The position numbers and the translations under genes were made by a program. This document shows positions 35,464 to 44,959 of a stretch of DNA of 64,000 bases, in pieces. How positions within the stretch are numbered: the first letter of the stretch is position 1; the number at the start of each line of letters is the position of its first letter. The notes below the pieces were generated by a model. The model made no database searches. It had not been told where the DNA came from and was given only the letters and a program-made list of their open reading frames with translations. Source of the stretch: Patescibacteria group bacterium (GTDB lineage: Bacteria; Patescibacteriota; Patescibacteriia; JAHIZJ01). Location: NCBI GenBank assembly GCA_041650335.1, contig JBAZLK010000001.1, positions 36,940 to 100,939 of the forward strand, read 5' to 3'.

Positions 35464-37758
35464 TTATGCGATGGTATGCCACCCCGTCCAATCACCCTTG
35501 AGCGTCGCGTCCCAGCGATATTTAGGTTGGCCGTTGAGATACCACGTTTTTCCGCGTTGAATCACAATGCCGCTTGAAACATCCTTCCGTTTGAGTGAAG
35601 TAGTATAGGTCTGCAATGCTTCGGCCTTCGCCTTTGTATAGGTCGAGCCCTCACGGTCGTGCTCATCTTTCGTTTCAAAAATGCCTATCCGACCATCTTT
35701 GTATTGGACAATATAATCAGGATAGAACGTGTGAACCCCGTCAATATATTCGTATCTGACCCCGAAGAATTCCTTCGATCCTTCACCGTTCTTCCACCAC
35801 CATAAAACAGTTGATTGTTGATCAATATACTCTTCAAAGTGCCGCTCGGGATCAGAACGTTCTTTGTCTAACAGGCATTTATCATAAGCATACCGCTTAG
35901 CCATAAATGGCTCGACTGTATACTGGTTGAAGTATTGTGGCTCCGGAAGTTCATATGGATCTAAGCGCTCACTGGCTGCTGTGCGTTCCCGTACTTCGGC
36001 ATCCCGGACGTGCTTGTAGGCAGCGATGGCTTCAGTCAGAATGCGATCGAATATGGCTCGGTTCTTTGGATGCGTCACGATCTTTTGGACCATCAGCAGT
36101 TCCTCTTTCCAATCGGCGCTTCCGAACGCGTCTTTAAACCATAGGTAAATAGATGATTTGACCGCTGGTACTGATCGCTTGACGTTTGTGAATGATCCGA
36201 GTCGGTGACGGATAAATTCTTCAAACTCGGCTAGAACTTGATTCGATGATTTTTCTAATTGAACCGTTGCCGATGGATCAATTCGACCTACCAGTTCGTC
36301 AAAGGTTTTTGTTTTCAGGGTAGTATCAGCAATCAGCTCTTCTTGGATTGTTTTCAGATTCATGAGCATTTGCCTGCTTGCCGCAACGATGTTTTCACGT
36401 TTACTCTTGGCTAGTTTAAGGATGCGGTTGGCAGTTGCGGCAAAGACCGGCGTGAAACTTGACGCCACATCTCCGTAGTCAGCGCGGGAAATATAGAACG
36501 AGCGCAAACGGATCGGCTTATACGCCTTTATCCTATGAACCGGGATGTCGACGATGATATTCGGATTGTATTCTTCGTGTTTGATGGTGAAGTCTAGCTG
36601 GTTCGTGAAGACGTATCCTTTGTTGAGGATTTCATTTTCATAGTGCTTCTGTTCCGGCATTCGGAGAATTCGACCGACGGTCTGTATCTCGAATACTTCA
36701 TTACCAGGTTTGCGAAACTTCACGAGGATTTGTGCGCGGGGGCAGTCCCAGCCAGTATCGATTGCTTGCTTGAAAATAAGAAATTCAACTTCGTTCTCCG
36801 GATCGGCAATGTCGTCAATCGTCTCGGTCTTTTGTTCTGACAACCAAATAGCCAGTTTGCTCACCGGAACACCTTTACTCTTCAGGAATCCTAATGCAAA
36901 CTGTTTGACGTCTTCTCCAGCTTCAGAGGCCGGAATCTGAATCAGAACGAGTGGGTTAACGCTTGATCCGACTTCTCGATATGCTTTAGCGAGATCCTGA
37001 CGTTTCTTCCAAGCCACTTCGAGAACAAGTTGCTGTGAATCTTTGGCGGAACGGGAGAGAGATTCAAGGTTTTCGTTGATAACGATTTCCTTCTTAATAA
37101 TACCTTCACGGATAACATCATACGGATCGACTTCAACCCACTCTGCCTGATGACGGGACGTGTCGCTCGCAGTGACAGTTGTTTTAGGAGTGGCGCTGAC
37201 TTCAATAGCAACATCGGCTTGAATTAAATCACGCAACTCTGTTGTCCGTTCTGCCCCAGCACCAACATGGCTCTCGTCAATGACGAGGATCAGCGCCCGT
37301 TTCTTACGGGTTGCTTCGAGGACTTCAAGGAAGTTCACTTTTTCACCCTCACGCATGAGCGTGTTCTTCCATTCACCGGTAGCCCGATCTCGTGTCCGTA
37401 ATTTTTCCCAATTAGCTACCACAACTTCGTTACGGGCGATAATTGTTCGGCTTCCGCCGAATTCCTCTTCAATCAGGCTGACTTTCGGCGCACCGCCAAA
37501 ATACGACTCTAAGCTATGCTTGCTTTGCAGATGCAGATCGCCTTTGCCAATCGAGACCCAGAGATAACAGAAATCATCCTCGGGTAGCTGGCGGCTAATC
37601 TCCTGAATGGCTTTTGCCATCATTAATGTTTTACCGCTACCAGTTGGGGCTTTAAAAACGCATATCTCACCCCGTCCTTCATGTATAAGCAGGGATCGCA
37701 CCGCAGTGACGATTTCGTCGACCGCTTTTTGTTGGTAGTCCTTAAGTACCCAGTTCAT
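35464..37758 (-). CDS. res: Type III restriction enzyme Res subunit
   Basis: APTGSGKT, DESH, SAT, GWDCPRA, QTVGRILR and C-terminal FYPD...FETK nuclease motif. It overlaps mod. Confidence 0.9.
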   Translation of the reverse strand: MNWVLKDYQQKAVDEIVTAVRSLLIHEGRGEICVFKAPTGSGKTLMMAKAIQEISRQLPEDDFCYLWVSIGKGDLHLQSKHSLESYFGGAPKVSLIEEEFGGSRTIIARNEVVVANWEKLRTRDRATGEWKNTLMREGEKVNFLEVLEATRKKRALILVIDESHVGAGAERTTELRDLIQADVAIEVSATPKTTVTASDTSRHQAEWVEVDPYDVIREGIIKKEIVINENLESLSRSAKDSQQLVLEVAWKKRQDLAKAYREVGSSVNPLVLIQIPASEAGEDVKQFALGFLKSKGVPVSKLAIWLSEQKTETIDDIADPENEVEFLIFKQAIDTGWDCPRAQILVKFRKPGNEVFEIQTVGRILRMPEQKHYENEILNKGYVFTNQLDFTIKHEEYNPNIIVDIPVHRIKAYKPIRLRSFYISRADYGDVASSFTPVFAATANRILKLAKSKRENIVAASRQMLMNLKTIQEELIADTTLKTKTFDELVGRIDPSATVQLEKSSNQVLAEFEEFIRHRLGSFTNVKRSVPAVKSSIYLWFKDAFGSADWKEELLMVQKIVTHPKNRAIFDRILTEAIAAYKHVRDAEVRERTAASERLDPYELPEPQYFNQYTVEPFMAKRYAYDKCLLDKERSDPERHFEEYIDQQSTVLWWWKNGEGSKEFFGVRYEYIDGVHTFYPDYIVQYKDGRIGIFETKDEHDREGSTYTKAKAEALQTYTTSLKRKDVSSGIVIQRGKTWYLNGQPKYRWDATLKGDWTGWHTIA

Positions 37759-39445
37759 GGATTTCTTGGTAGATATCTAAAATAGGCTGTGGAATCGGCT
37801 CAAGACGAATATTTTGCCAGTAGTCGAATTCGTGCTGATCAAGACCAAGCGGATCAAGGGTGAAGCAGTAGAGGATCTTGTCACCCGTGAAGCGGTCGAA
37901 TTCTTTCTTCAAAGCAGATAAACCTGATCGGTCGAGCGCGTAATACACGCCCATAATACGTTGACCTTGGGTAAATGTCCGAAACTGCGTCGTCTCCTTC
38001 TTCAGGTCGTAGATACCTTCGCGGACGCTGAGCATTTCCGTACACTCGTTTGTAATGCGAACCTTGATCTCGTCACGGTTAATTGATTTCTTCACGAATG
38101 CAGTTTTGAAATAGCGTAGGTTACCGCCGAAACCGGCCACCTTTTCGCCATTGCCATTCTTTTTATATCCCTTTATTACTTTTTCAATGCGTGGATAGCA
38201 AATGTCCGTTGCTATATTATTTTCGTTATTGGTAGAAAGAATAAATTGGCGGTTACCACCATCTTTTTTATTCAACTGTAGAACGGCGTGGCCGGTCGTA
38301 CCCGAACCTGCAAAAAAGTCTAAAACCACAGCATTTTTATTGCCATTTGCTGCCGCAGTTATACAATCAATTACTGCATATAGAGATTTTGGATATGCAA
38401 AGGAACCTCGCTCAATAATTTGGTTAAGTAATTGCGTGCCGTAGTTATTGGCTGAGTATTTGCTATCTGTCCAGACGGTTTTGTAATTGAACCGGTTCTT
38501 GGTGCGTTTGATATCCCAGACACCCCTTCTTTTTAAAAGAATAGCCTGTAGCTCGTCCCTTATGCTCTCAACAGTATGTCGGGCGAAACGCCACTTCCTC
38601 TCAATTCCCTGTGGATCAATTGGATACACTTCGATAACGCCGTCCCTTCTTTTAAGATTTACTGACCTCGGGTGATAACTATCCTTACAAACTTCACCGA
38701 AGCCAACGATTTTACCGTTCTTCACAAGTACGGGGTAGAAACAATTTGCGCCGGCGGTTCTTAATGACTCATCACCTGTTACATCCCTAAAATTACGAAT
38801 GTCTTCGTTGTCTACTTCACGTGTTTGAAGCCCGATATATCGACCTGGTTTTGGATAAATAAAGTAAGCGAATTCGTGAGTATAAGAGAAATTATCCCCC
38901 TGTATGCCCGCAGGATTGTGTACGATTGTTATGCAGGTTATTTCTCGATCAGCAAACAGTTCTTTTAACAACAACCCGAGTGGTTCTTGTTCATTATGAT
39001 CAATTGTACAAATAAGGACGCCTTTTTCAGAAAGCAAGTTCTTTGCTAATCTAAGTCGCTTGCTCATGAAGCTTAGCCACTTGCTATGTCGCCAAGTATC
39101 ATTGTCGTCAACAAAGTTATTGTTGTATTTCCAATCCCGAGAACCAGTATTGTATGGCGGATCAATATAAATCACATCAACTTTCCTTTGGTGTGTATAC
39201 TGCAAAACCGACAACGCGTGGTAGTTGTCGCCTTCGATCAGTAAGTTGACTGGTTTCTCTGGATCGGTTTCGATCGCCCGACCTTTTACTTCTTTGAGAA
39301 CCGGGTAGGCGTTCTCGGCGTCCTGCTCGAATTTTTCTTTTGTGCGCTCTTCATCCCAAATAAGTCCGTACTTTTTTCGGGACTCAAGTTTCTCTATAGT
39401 CTTGAGTAATTCTTCCTTGCTGAGTTTTGAGTAATCCTTTGCCAC
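37742..39445 (-). CDS. mod: Type III R-M adenine methyltransferase Mod subunit
   Basis: KYGLIW, IEGDN, IYIDPPYNTG and DFFAGSGTT. GTG start at 39445 is preferred, with promoter TTGATT-N17-TATACT at 39512-39484. Confidence 0.9.
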   Translation of the reverse strand: MAKDYSKLSKEELLKTIEKLESRKKYGLIWDEERTKEKFEQDAENAYPVLKEVKGRAIETDPEKPVNLLIEGDNYHALSVLQYTHQRKVDVIYIDPPYNTGSRDWKYNNNFVDDNDTWRHSKWLSFMSKRLRLAKNLLSEKGVLICTIDHNEQEPLGLLLKELFADREITCITIVHNPAGIQGDNFSYTHEFAYFIYPKPGRYIGLQTREVDNEDIRNFRDVTGDESLRTAGANCFYPVLVKNGKIVGFGEVCKDSYHPRSVNLKRRDGVIEVYPIDPQGIERKWRFARHTVESIRDELQAILLKRRGVWDIKRTKNRFNYKTVWTDSKYSANNYGTQLLNQIIERGSFAYPKSLYAVIDCITAAANGNKNAVVLDFFAGSGTTGHAVLQLNKKDGGNRQFILSTNNENNIATDICYPRIEKVIKGYKKNGNGEKVAGFGGNLRYFKTAFVKKSINRDEIKVRITNECTEMLSVREGIYDLKKETTQFRTFTQGQRIMGVYYALDRSGLSALKKEFDRFTGDKILYCFTLDPLGLDQHEFDYWQNIRLEPIPQPILDIYQEIHELGT

Positions 39446-39561
39446 AAATTTTGTTAATGAGATAACTTTCGGCAAACACCCGAAGTATAGTTGATTTTGG
39501 CTGAGGAATCAAGAAAAAGACCTTCTTTTTCAATTGTTGAGTCAGTGTTTTCCCGATCTAC

Positions 39562-41925
39562 TTATTTGTCTAATTCGTAAACATATACTGAATTATCAGC
39601 AAGCTCACGAAAAGTGAAAGGGTATTGGTGTGGTAGTACAAAGTTTTGTCTCGTTTTTTTATAATCTATGTACTCATCCCACCAAGGTTCAAGTTCATGT
39701 GCCGTAAGAAGAATGGGTTTTATCCCTTTTTTAACAAGTTTTTTAAAGCGGTTAATTTCACCACTGGTAAACGCTTTCTTGGTTGTCGAAAATACAAGAT
39801 GGCAAGTTAATCCGCTATTTTGTAATAACCCTCTTGTGGTCAGTAGATTATCTATCTTTTTTGCAGTAATTTGATGACCAGTTTTGCATTCGCCAATCAA
39901 TACCTCATTATCATCTTTGCCTAATCTTTGGCTTAAATTTAGAATCGTTAAATCGGACTCAAAAGCCTCCTTTTTCCCATTGCTTGTCAGAGATAAGTCA
40001 AGCCCCGTGGAATAAAGAAAGTCATTCCCCGAATGCATTTTGTTTGTGAGAAACTGTAAAGTCAGGATTACGGGTATTGCACCTTGTTGCTTGTCACTTT
40101 TACCCATTAGCCCGCTAAGTCGATAGTGTAGTCGCAAGCCATCAACTTGTTTCCCATCGATTTTGATTGGATCAATAACCTCGACAAACTTACTAATCTC
40201 CGAACAATAATCACATAGATATCTATCACTTACATCCTTAAGATTTAGCCAATTTTTTAAGCCGCACTTAGGGCAACGAACCTCAACACCAACTTGAAGT
40301 AAATTGTGTTCAACCATCTCATCAAACACATCACTAGGCGTAATGGGCGTTTTTCCTTTTAGGCCAAATGCGTTCTCGAATTTTTTGAAGGTCTCTTCGT
40401 TTTCATTCTTATCTCGAATAGCTTTCAATACCTCATACTTTAGTTTTTGATGTAAAGGATGCGTCTCCTCAATAAATTTTCTTACACCGGTGATTTTGAA
40501 GATTCGAGCAGACCCCATTAATCCTTGCATTAACGAAACGACCCTCTCAGCAACTAAACCTGGTACACTTTTACTCGCAATAATTGATGCTCGTTCGAAA
40601 ACCTTTGTAATGATGTCATTCTTTGAAATTAGACCAATCCGTATCGTGTCGTCATCAATGTCTGTGATTAGGCTAACAGAAGTGCCTAAGGCCCCCCTTG
40701 TGACCCTTAAACCATGTGGGTCAAAAATTGTTTCTCTCGCATACCATTCGTTGAGGTCAGGAAGAGTAGGTAGGCTGAGAGTAAAACCATCGTCCTCCGT
40801 GCTCATTGGAGGATGCACTGATACCCCAAAACACTGATGTAAAAATCTACTATTATCGTGTTTTGCGAAAGGTTTATCTGATAATTGAATATTTAAACTT
40901 GGTTTTCCATATCTTTGGTTTAAGCCCGCAATAGTGGTAGTAGAACTAAGAATGTTATATCCGGGGACAATGTTTAATCCATTCCAAGAGATAGTGGAGA
41001 CTTGGGCGTATGCGAATGGTTTATCTTTGGCGGCAATCAAGTCGGCAATAGTTTTTACTTCTGACTCATTCTGTTTGCTGCCTGAATACCAAATAAGAAA
41101 TGAATGACGGTATCCAGTCGTTGGTTTCTTGATTCTACTCAAATGCTCCTTAATATATGGGAGGAAACGTCTAACATTTGATTTCGGAAGAAAAGTTATG
41201 TAACTGCCGGCTGCGCGTATATTCCAAAAATTTAATAGGTCTATAAAGCTTTTACTATCGCCAATATAAACACCCGCATCATGCCTATTTCCACCATATG
41301 AACGTATTTCCTGTTCAGTAAGCGCGAGCGGAGTAACGGTTGATGCGAGTTTTTTTGGGACTGGTCGACGACCGGTCAGTGTAATTTCTTTTGCCTTAAG
41401 TGCTTTTTGAAAATTATGATGGTATTTATACGCTAATTGCTTCTTTGGATACTCACCAAAAAGTAACGGTAAAAGATCTTTGTCAGCATCTTTATTGGAC
41501 CAAGATATTAATGTGCAATTACTATCATCAGTTTTTGAAAATTTAAAATTCGTGTCCCACATCTTTCTGAGAATATGACTGACATCCAGAACATTCACAT
41601 GCTTTTTCTTTCGATTCATGGAGTCTTCGGATAAAAGCAGTTCTGAGTTGTAAGAGGACGGAAGTCTTGCCCAAGAGTATTTTTCTAAGAATTTATTTAT
41701 TTCCGGTGTTTTGGAGATCGGTATTAATGCGTCGACTTGAAATAATTTTACTAGCGCGTGATCAAGACCCTCTTTTGATCCCACGGGAATAAGTGGGTTG
41801 TAAATACCGCCCCACAAAATGGTATTAAGCTTAACGGCCGTTGCTATATCTTGTTTATGACCATCACGAACACAAAACCCGAGTCTTAGTGGTCGATATT
41901 CAATCCTAACATCATCAAAAGTCAT
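39562..41925 (-). CDS. Large hypothetical protein with Zn ribbon and C-terminal PD-(D/E)XK-like domain
   Basis: RPLRLGF...LWGGIYNPLIP N-terminus, FWNIRA, CPKC...CDYC and ESD...LIGECK. Confidence 0.65.
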   Translation of the reverse strand: MTFDDVRIEYRPLRLGFCVRDGHKQDIATAVKLNTILWGGIYNPLIPVGSKEGLDHALVKLFQVDALIPISKTPEINKFLEKYSWARLPSSYNSELLLSEDSMNRKKKHVNVLDVSHILRKMWDTNFKFSKTDDSNCTLISWSNKDADKDLLPLLFGEYPKKQLAYKYHHNFQKALKAKEITLTGRRPVPKKLASTVTPLALTEQEIRSYGGNRHDAGVYIGDSKSFIDLLNFWNIRAAGSYITFLPKSNVRRFLPYIKEHLSRIKKPTTGYRHSFLIWYSGSKQNESEVKTIADLIAAKDKPFAYAQVSTISWNGLNIVPGYNILSSTTTIAGLNQRYGKPSLNIQLSDKPFAKHDNSRFLHQCFGVSVHPPMSTEDDGFTLSLPTLPDLNEWYARETIFDPHGLRVTRGALGTSVSLITDIDDDTIRIGLISKNDIITKVFERASIIASKSVPGLVAERVVSLMQGLMGSARIFKITGVRKFIEETHPLHQKLKYEVLKAIRDKNENEETFKKFENAFGLKGKTPITPSDVFDEMVEHNLLQVGVEVRCPKCGLKNWLNLKDVSDRYLCDYCSEISKFVEVIDPIKIDGKQVDGLRLHYRLSGLMGKSDKQQGAIPVILTLQFLTNKMHSGNDFLYSTGLDLSLTSNGKKEAFESDLTILNLSQRLGKDDNEVLIGECKTGHQITAKKIDNLLTTRGLLQNSGLTCHLVFSTTKKAFTSGEINRFKKLVKKGIKPILLTAHELEPWWDEYIDYKKTRQNFVLPHQYPFTFRELADNSVYVYELDK

Positions 41926-41937
41926 AAAGGATATAGG

Positions 41938-42405
41938 TCACGAACACTTTATTATTCCATATAATCGAATTACTGCCTCATAAATCACCGTAAAAACCCC
42001 AGCAAAGATCGTTGCCCATACAATGATGATAAAAATACTATATCGATACTTAACCAATGATTTACATTCCAGATCGTGGATAACCTCACCCATCATCAGT
42101 CCATCAAGAGTAATTTCAATTCCGCCATCTACTTGTCGAGCAAACTTTTTCACTCGCAAATTACCCATTGCTGGATTAAGATTATTTAAATAATCAAGAT
42201 CGCTTGTTTTGAGAATGTTTATTTTGATGTATTCGCCGTTTAGGGGCGACTCAAGATGGTGATGGTTATCGACCGTCCACTTTAGTATTTGTTTCTCAAT
42301 TTCCCAAACTTGACGTCGTGTTTGATGAGTTTTCTTCTCTGAAAATTCATACTCTTGATAGAGTTCTAGCTTTCTAAAAAACTTTATTTGAATTGGTAGC
42401 TCCAT
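41938..42405 (-). CDS. Hypothetical protein with C-terminal TM helix
   Basis: 155-aa AT-rich ORF with a hydrophobic C-terminus. Confidence 0.55.
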   Translation of the reverse strand: MELPIQIKFFRKLELYQEYEFSEKKTHQTRRQVWEIEKQILKWTVDNHHHLESPLNGEYIKINILKTSDLDYLNNLNPAMGNLRVKKFARQVDGGIEITLDGLMMGEVIHDLECKSLVKYRYSIFIIIVWATIFAGVFTVIYEAVIRLYGIIKCS

Positions 42406-42423
42406 ATTCTAAATCATCAATAT

Positions 42424-42957
42424 TCAGTTGTTCTCTGCGACATGGACACGAAACCCACAGGTTCGACAAAGTCCGTTTGTGCTTGTAGCATTTTTGTTAT
42501 ACTCAAATCTAGCTGAGCCGCAATCTGTACACGTGGTAACGCCGTATCTCTCCTTTAGGCCTTTAATTATTGCGGCAACACTTTTACAATTTCGCGCATA
42601 TCGATCAACCATTTCTTTGTTACCCAAATACCCCTGAACCCATATATCTGTAGTAATCATACCCGCAGCAGCTTCTTTATATAGAATTTTTCCTTCCTTT
42701 AGAAGCTTTTCCCAATACTGTCTCGTGAAGCCATAATCATTTGAGAGGTCGGAGGATGTCATAAATCGGGCTTCTGGGCTTAGATATCCTTTGTCTCGCA
42801 TCAACTTAACCGACTCCGCTATTCCGTCTGCCAATTCTTTTTCTTTCTCATCCGTCGTGACTTCAGCAGGCATAGTAAGCATTAAAGATAAATTGCCACC
42901 GCTATTTATACCGGCGTGCCAAGAGTATTTACGTGTCTGAGTTCGTGTTTTAAGCAT
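42424..42957 (-). CDS. HTH (excisionase-like) plus Zn-ribbon protein
   Basis: MTSSDLSNDYGFTRQYWEKLLKEGKI HTH-like segment and CTDC...CRTC. Divergent from the recombinase. Confidence 0.55.
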   Translation of the reverse strand: MLKTRTQTRKYSWHAGINSGGNLSLMLTMPAEVTTDEKEKELADGIAESVKLMRDKGYLSPEARFMTSSDLSNDYGFTRQYWEKLLKEGKILYKEAAAGMITTDIWVQGYLGNKEMVDRYARNCKSVAAIIKGLKERYGVTTCTDCGSARFEYNKNATSTNGLCRTCGFRVHVAENN

Positions 42958-43135
42958 AAAACAAGGATATCATTATTGGTTGCATTACGCAACCACCCAA
43001 ATAAACACAAAGATCAGATTGCATAAAGATATGGCTCGAAAGAATCATTGAGCGGTTTTTCAAGGCGTTTCAGGAAAAAGTTATCAACTCCACCCACTCT
43101 GGACGCCCCGCAGGGGTTGCGTCATCCCTTAGAGC

Positions 43136-44467
43136 ATGAATAACCATACCCAACAGGGAGAGGCCGACCAGGGGCAGGTTCTGGCCCCTCCCCCAATCAA
43201 GTATTGCCTCTATGCCCGCAAGAGTTCGGAGTCCGAGGAGAGACAAGTTCTGTCGATCGACTCCCAGATTAAAGAGATGCTTCAGATCGCCGACCGAGAG
43301 AAGCTCAATATCGTCGAGATGCGCCGGGAGAGCCATTCCGCCAAGGACACAGGCCAGCGTCCGGTATTCAACGAACTGATCAGTGATATCCGCCTGGGAA
43401 AGTTCAACGGTATCCTGACTTGGGCGCCGGACCGGCTCTCGCGTAACGCCGGTGACCTCGGCATGTTAGTCGACCTGATGGATCAAAAACTACTTCATGA
43501 AATTCGCACGTACGGACAGGTCTTTTCGAACTCGCCAAATGAGAAGTTTCTCTTGATGATTCTCGGTAGCCAAGCAAAGCTCGAAAACGACAACCGGGGC
43601 GTCAATGTGAAACGTGGATTGCGAACCCGTGTCGAAATGGGTCTCTGGCCGAACATGGCACCAATCGGGTATTTGAATCAAAACCGGCAGGATAAAAAGG
43701 GGCAATTACTCGTCGATCGGGTGCGAGCGCCGATCATCAAGCAAATGTTCGAGCGAGTCGCCTACGAACATCAAAGCGGCAGGAAAATCTACAATTGGCT
43801 GCGTCACGATCTGAATTTTCATACGCGGGGAAACAAACATCTCACCTTAAGTGGCGTCTACCGGATCCTGACCACCACGTTCTACTACGGCATGTATGAA
43901 TACCCGAGAGACAGCGGTAATTGGTACAAAGGCAAGCATGAGCCGATCATCACGCAGGAACTTTTCGATAAAGCCACGGAACAGCTTAAACGCGATCAGA
44001 TCGTTCGGGAAAACAAGGAATTCGCCTTTACCAAGTTGTTTACCTGCGGCAAGTGCGGTTCCGGCATCAGCGCTGAGGAGAAATATAAGGAGCATAAAGA
44101 CGGAACGGCCGCTCGGTACGTCTACTACGGCTGCACCAGAGCGCGTGATCGTGATTGCCGGAATACGTACATCCGGGAGGAAGAGCTTATCCAGCAGCTT
44201 CTCGGCATTCTCGATCAGGTGAACGTCAACGAGTTGGGCATGCGGTACAAGCTGGAAGAGGAAATCAAGCGGTTCAACAAATTCCAACACGTAGTCATGG
44301 GCACGAAAGCCGATAGCATATCGGAGGAAACCGAAGTGAACATTCGAAAGTACGCCAAATACCTCTTGAAAGAGGGAAGCGTTACCGAGAAACGCGAATT
44401 GTTGGCGAACCTGCGGAGCCGGTTGATCTACAAAGATAAGACGCTGACTTTAGTACGGGAAGGGTAA
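43136..44467 (+). CDS. Large serine recombinase (resolvase + recombinase + Zn ribbon)
   Basis: YARKS catalytic Ser, DRLSRN, APIGY, HEPII and CGKCG...YYGC...C. Confidence 0.93.
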   Translation: MNNHTQQGEADQGQVLAPPPIKYCLYARKSSESEERQVLSIDSQIKEMLQIADREKLNIVEMRRESHSAKDTGQRPVFNELISDIRLGKFNGILTWAPDRLSRNAGDLGMLVDLMDQKLLHEIRTYGQVFSNSPNEKFLLMILGSQAKLENDNRGVNVKRGLRTRVEMGLWPNMAPIGYLNQNRQDKKGQLLVDRVRAPIIKQMFERVAYEHQSGRKIYNWLRHDLNFHTRGNKHLTLSGVYRILTTTFYYGMYEYPRDSGNWYKGKHEPIITQELFDKATEQLKRDQIVRENKEFAFTKLFTCGKCGSGISAEEKYKEHKDGTAARYVYYGCTRARDRDCRNTYIREEELIQQLLGILDQVNVNELGMRYKLEEEIKRFNKFQHVVMGTKADSISEETEVNIRKYAKYLLKEGSVTEKRELLANLRSRLIYKDKTLTLVREG

Positions 44468-44484
44468 AGGATTTCTAATCGTAG

Positions 44485-44518
44485 CAACCCCCCGCCGGGT
44501 TCTCCGGCAGGGGGTTGG
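44485..44518 (+). terminator. GC-rich hairpin downstream of recombinase
   Basis: CAACCCCC.GCCGG...CCGGC.GGGGGTTG. Confidence 0.5.
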
Positions 44519-44546
44519 GGTATTGCCAACACAAGCTTCTATTCTT

Positions 44547-44565
44547 TTTGAGCCACGTGGGTCGG
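44547..44565 (+). repeat. Right attachment-site core within an imperfect palindrome
   Basis: TTTGAGCCACGTGGGTCGG, flanked by GCCAACACAA(44525-34)/TTGTGTTGGC(44579-88), TCTTTT/AAAAGA and GAGCC/GGCTC symmetry. Confidence 0.75.
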
Positions 44566-44584
44566 CTCCGATAAAAGATTGTGT

Positions 44585-44674
44585 TGGCGGAGAGTGCAGG
44601 ATTCGAACCTGCGAGGGACCTTACGGTCCCATGGTTTAGCAAACCATTGCCTTAAGCCACTCGGCCAACTCTCC
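44585..44674 (-). tRNA. tRNA-Ser (anticodon GCT)
   Basis: GGAGAGTTGGCCGAGTGGCTTAAGGCA-ATGGT TT GCT AA ACCAT, long variable arm, GCAGGTTCGAATCCTGC...GCCA. Confidence 0.95.
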
Positions 44675-44677
44675 GTG

Positions 44678-44923
44678 TTAGTTGTTGTCAAATTTCTTCT
44701 TTAGAAGCTCCTTTTGCTGACCAGTCTTTAAGAACATTTCTCTTCGGTATGCCTCGCTTCGTGTGTTATATGTCTCATATCCTACCAATTCCCAGGGGCG
44801 GTTAGATTTAGTCGATCGAACAAGACCCAGATTGTGTCTTTTGTATCTAACCGTTAAATCTTTGCATGAGCCGATATAAAGGTCGCCATTGACTCTGCTT
44901 TTTAAGAAGTATATGTAGAACAT
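44678..44923 (-). CDS. Small GIY-YIG endonuclease
   Basis: FYIYFL...LYIG...R..RHN...TK..RPW...E...A..RE..LK. The stop codon lies 3 nt from the tRNA 5' end. Confidence 0.9.
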   Translation of the reverse strand: MFYIYFLKSRVNGDLYIGSCKDLTVRYKRHNLGLVRSTKSNRPWELVGYETYNTRSEAYRREMFLKTGQQKELLKKKFDNN

Positions 44924-44959
44924 ACGATGATATCTAGGGTTGTGAAAAAGCTACTTTAC

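Larger units (their letters stand above)
26354..44565. mobile_element. ~18.2-kb serine-recombinase integrative element (terminase-bearing, capsid-less, with defence cargo)
   Basis: Flanking direct repeat TTTGAG(G/C)CACGTGGGTCGG at 26354-26372 and 44547-44565, a large serine recombinase at the right end, location between two tRNA-Ser genes, and AT-rich cargo. Confidence 0.8.

Noticed and set aside
26354-44565. Intact prophage or ICE interpretation
   Set aside because: No portal, capsid, tail, lysis, relaxase or conjugation genes between the att repeats.
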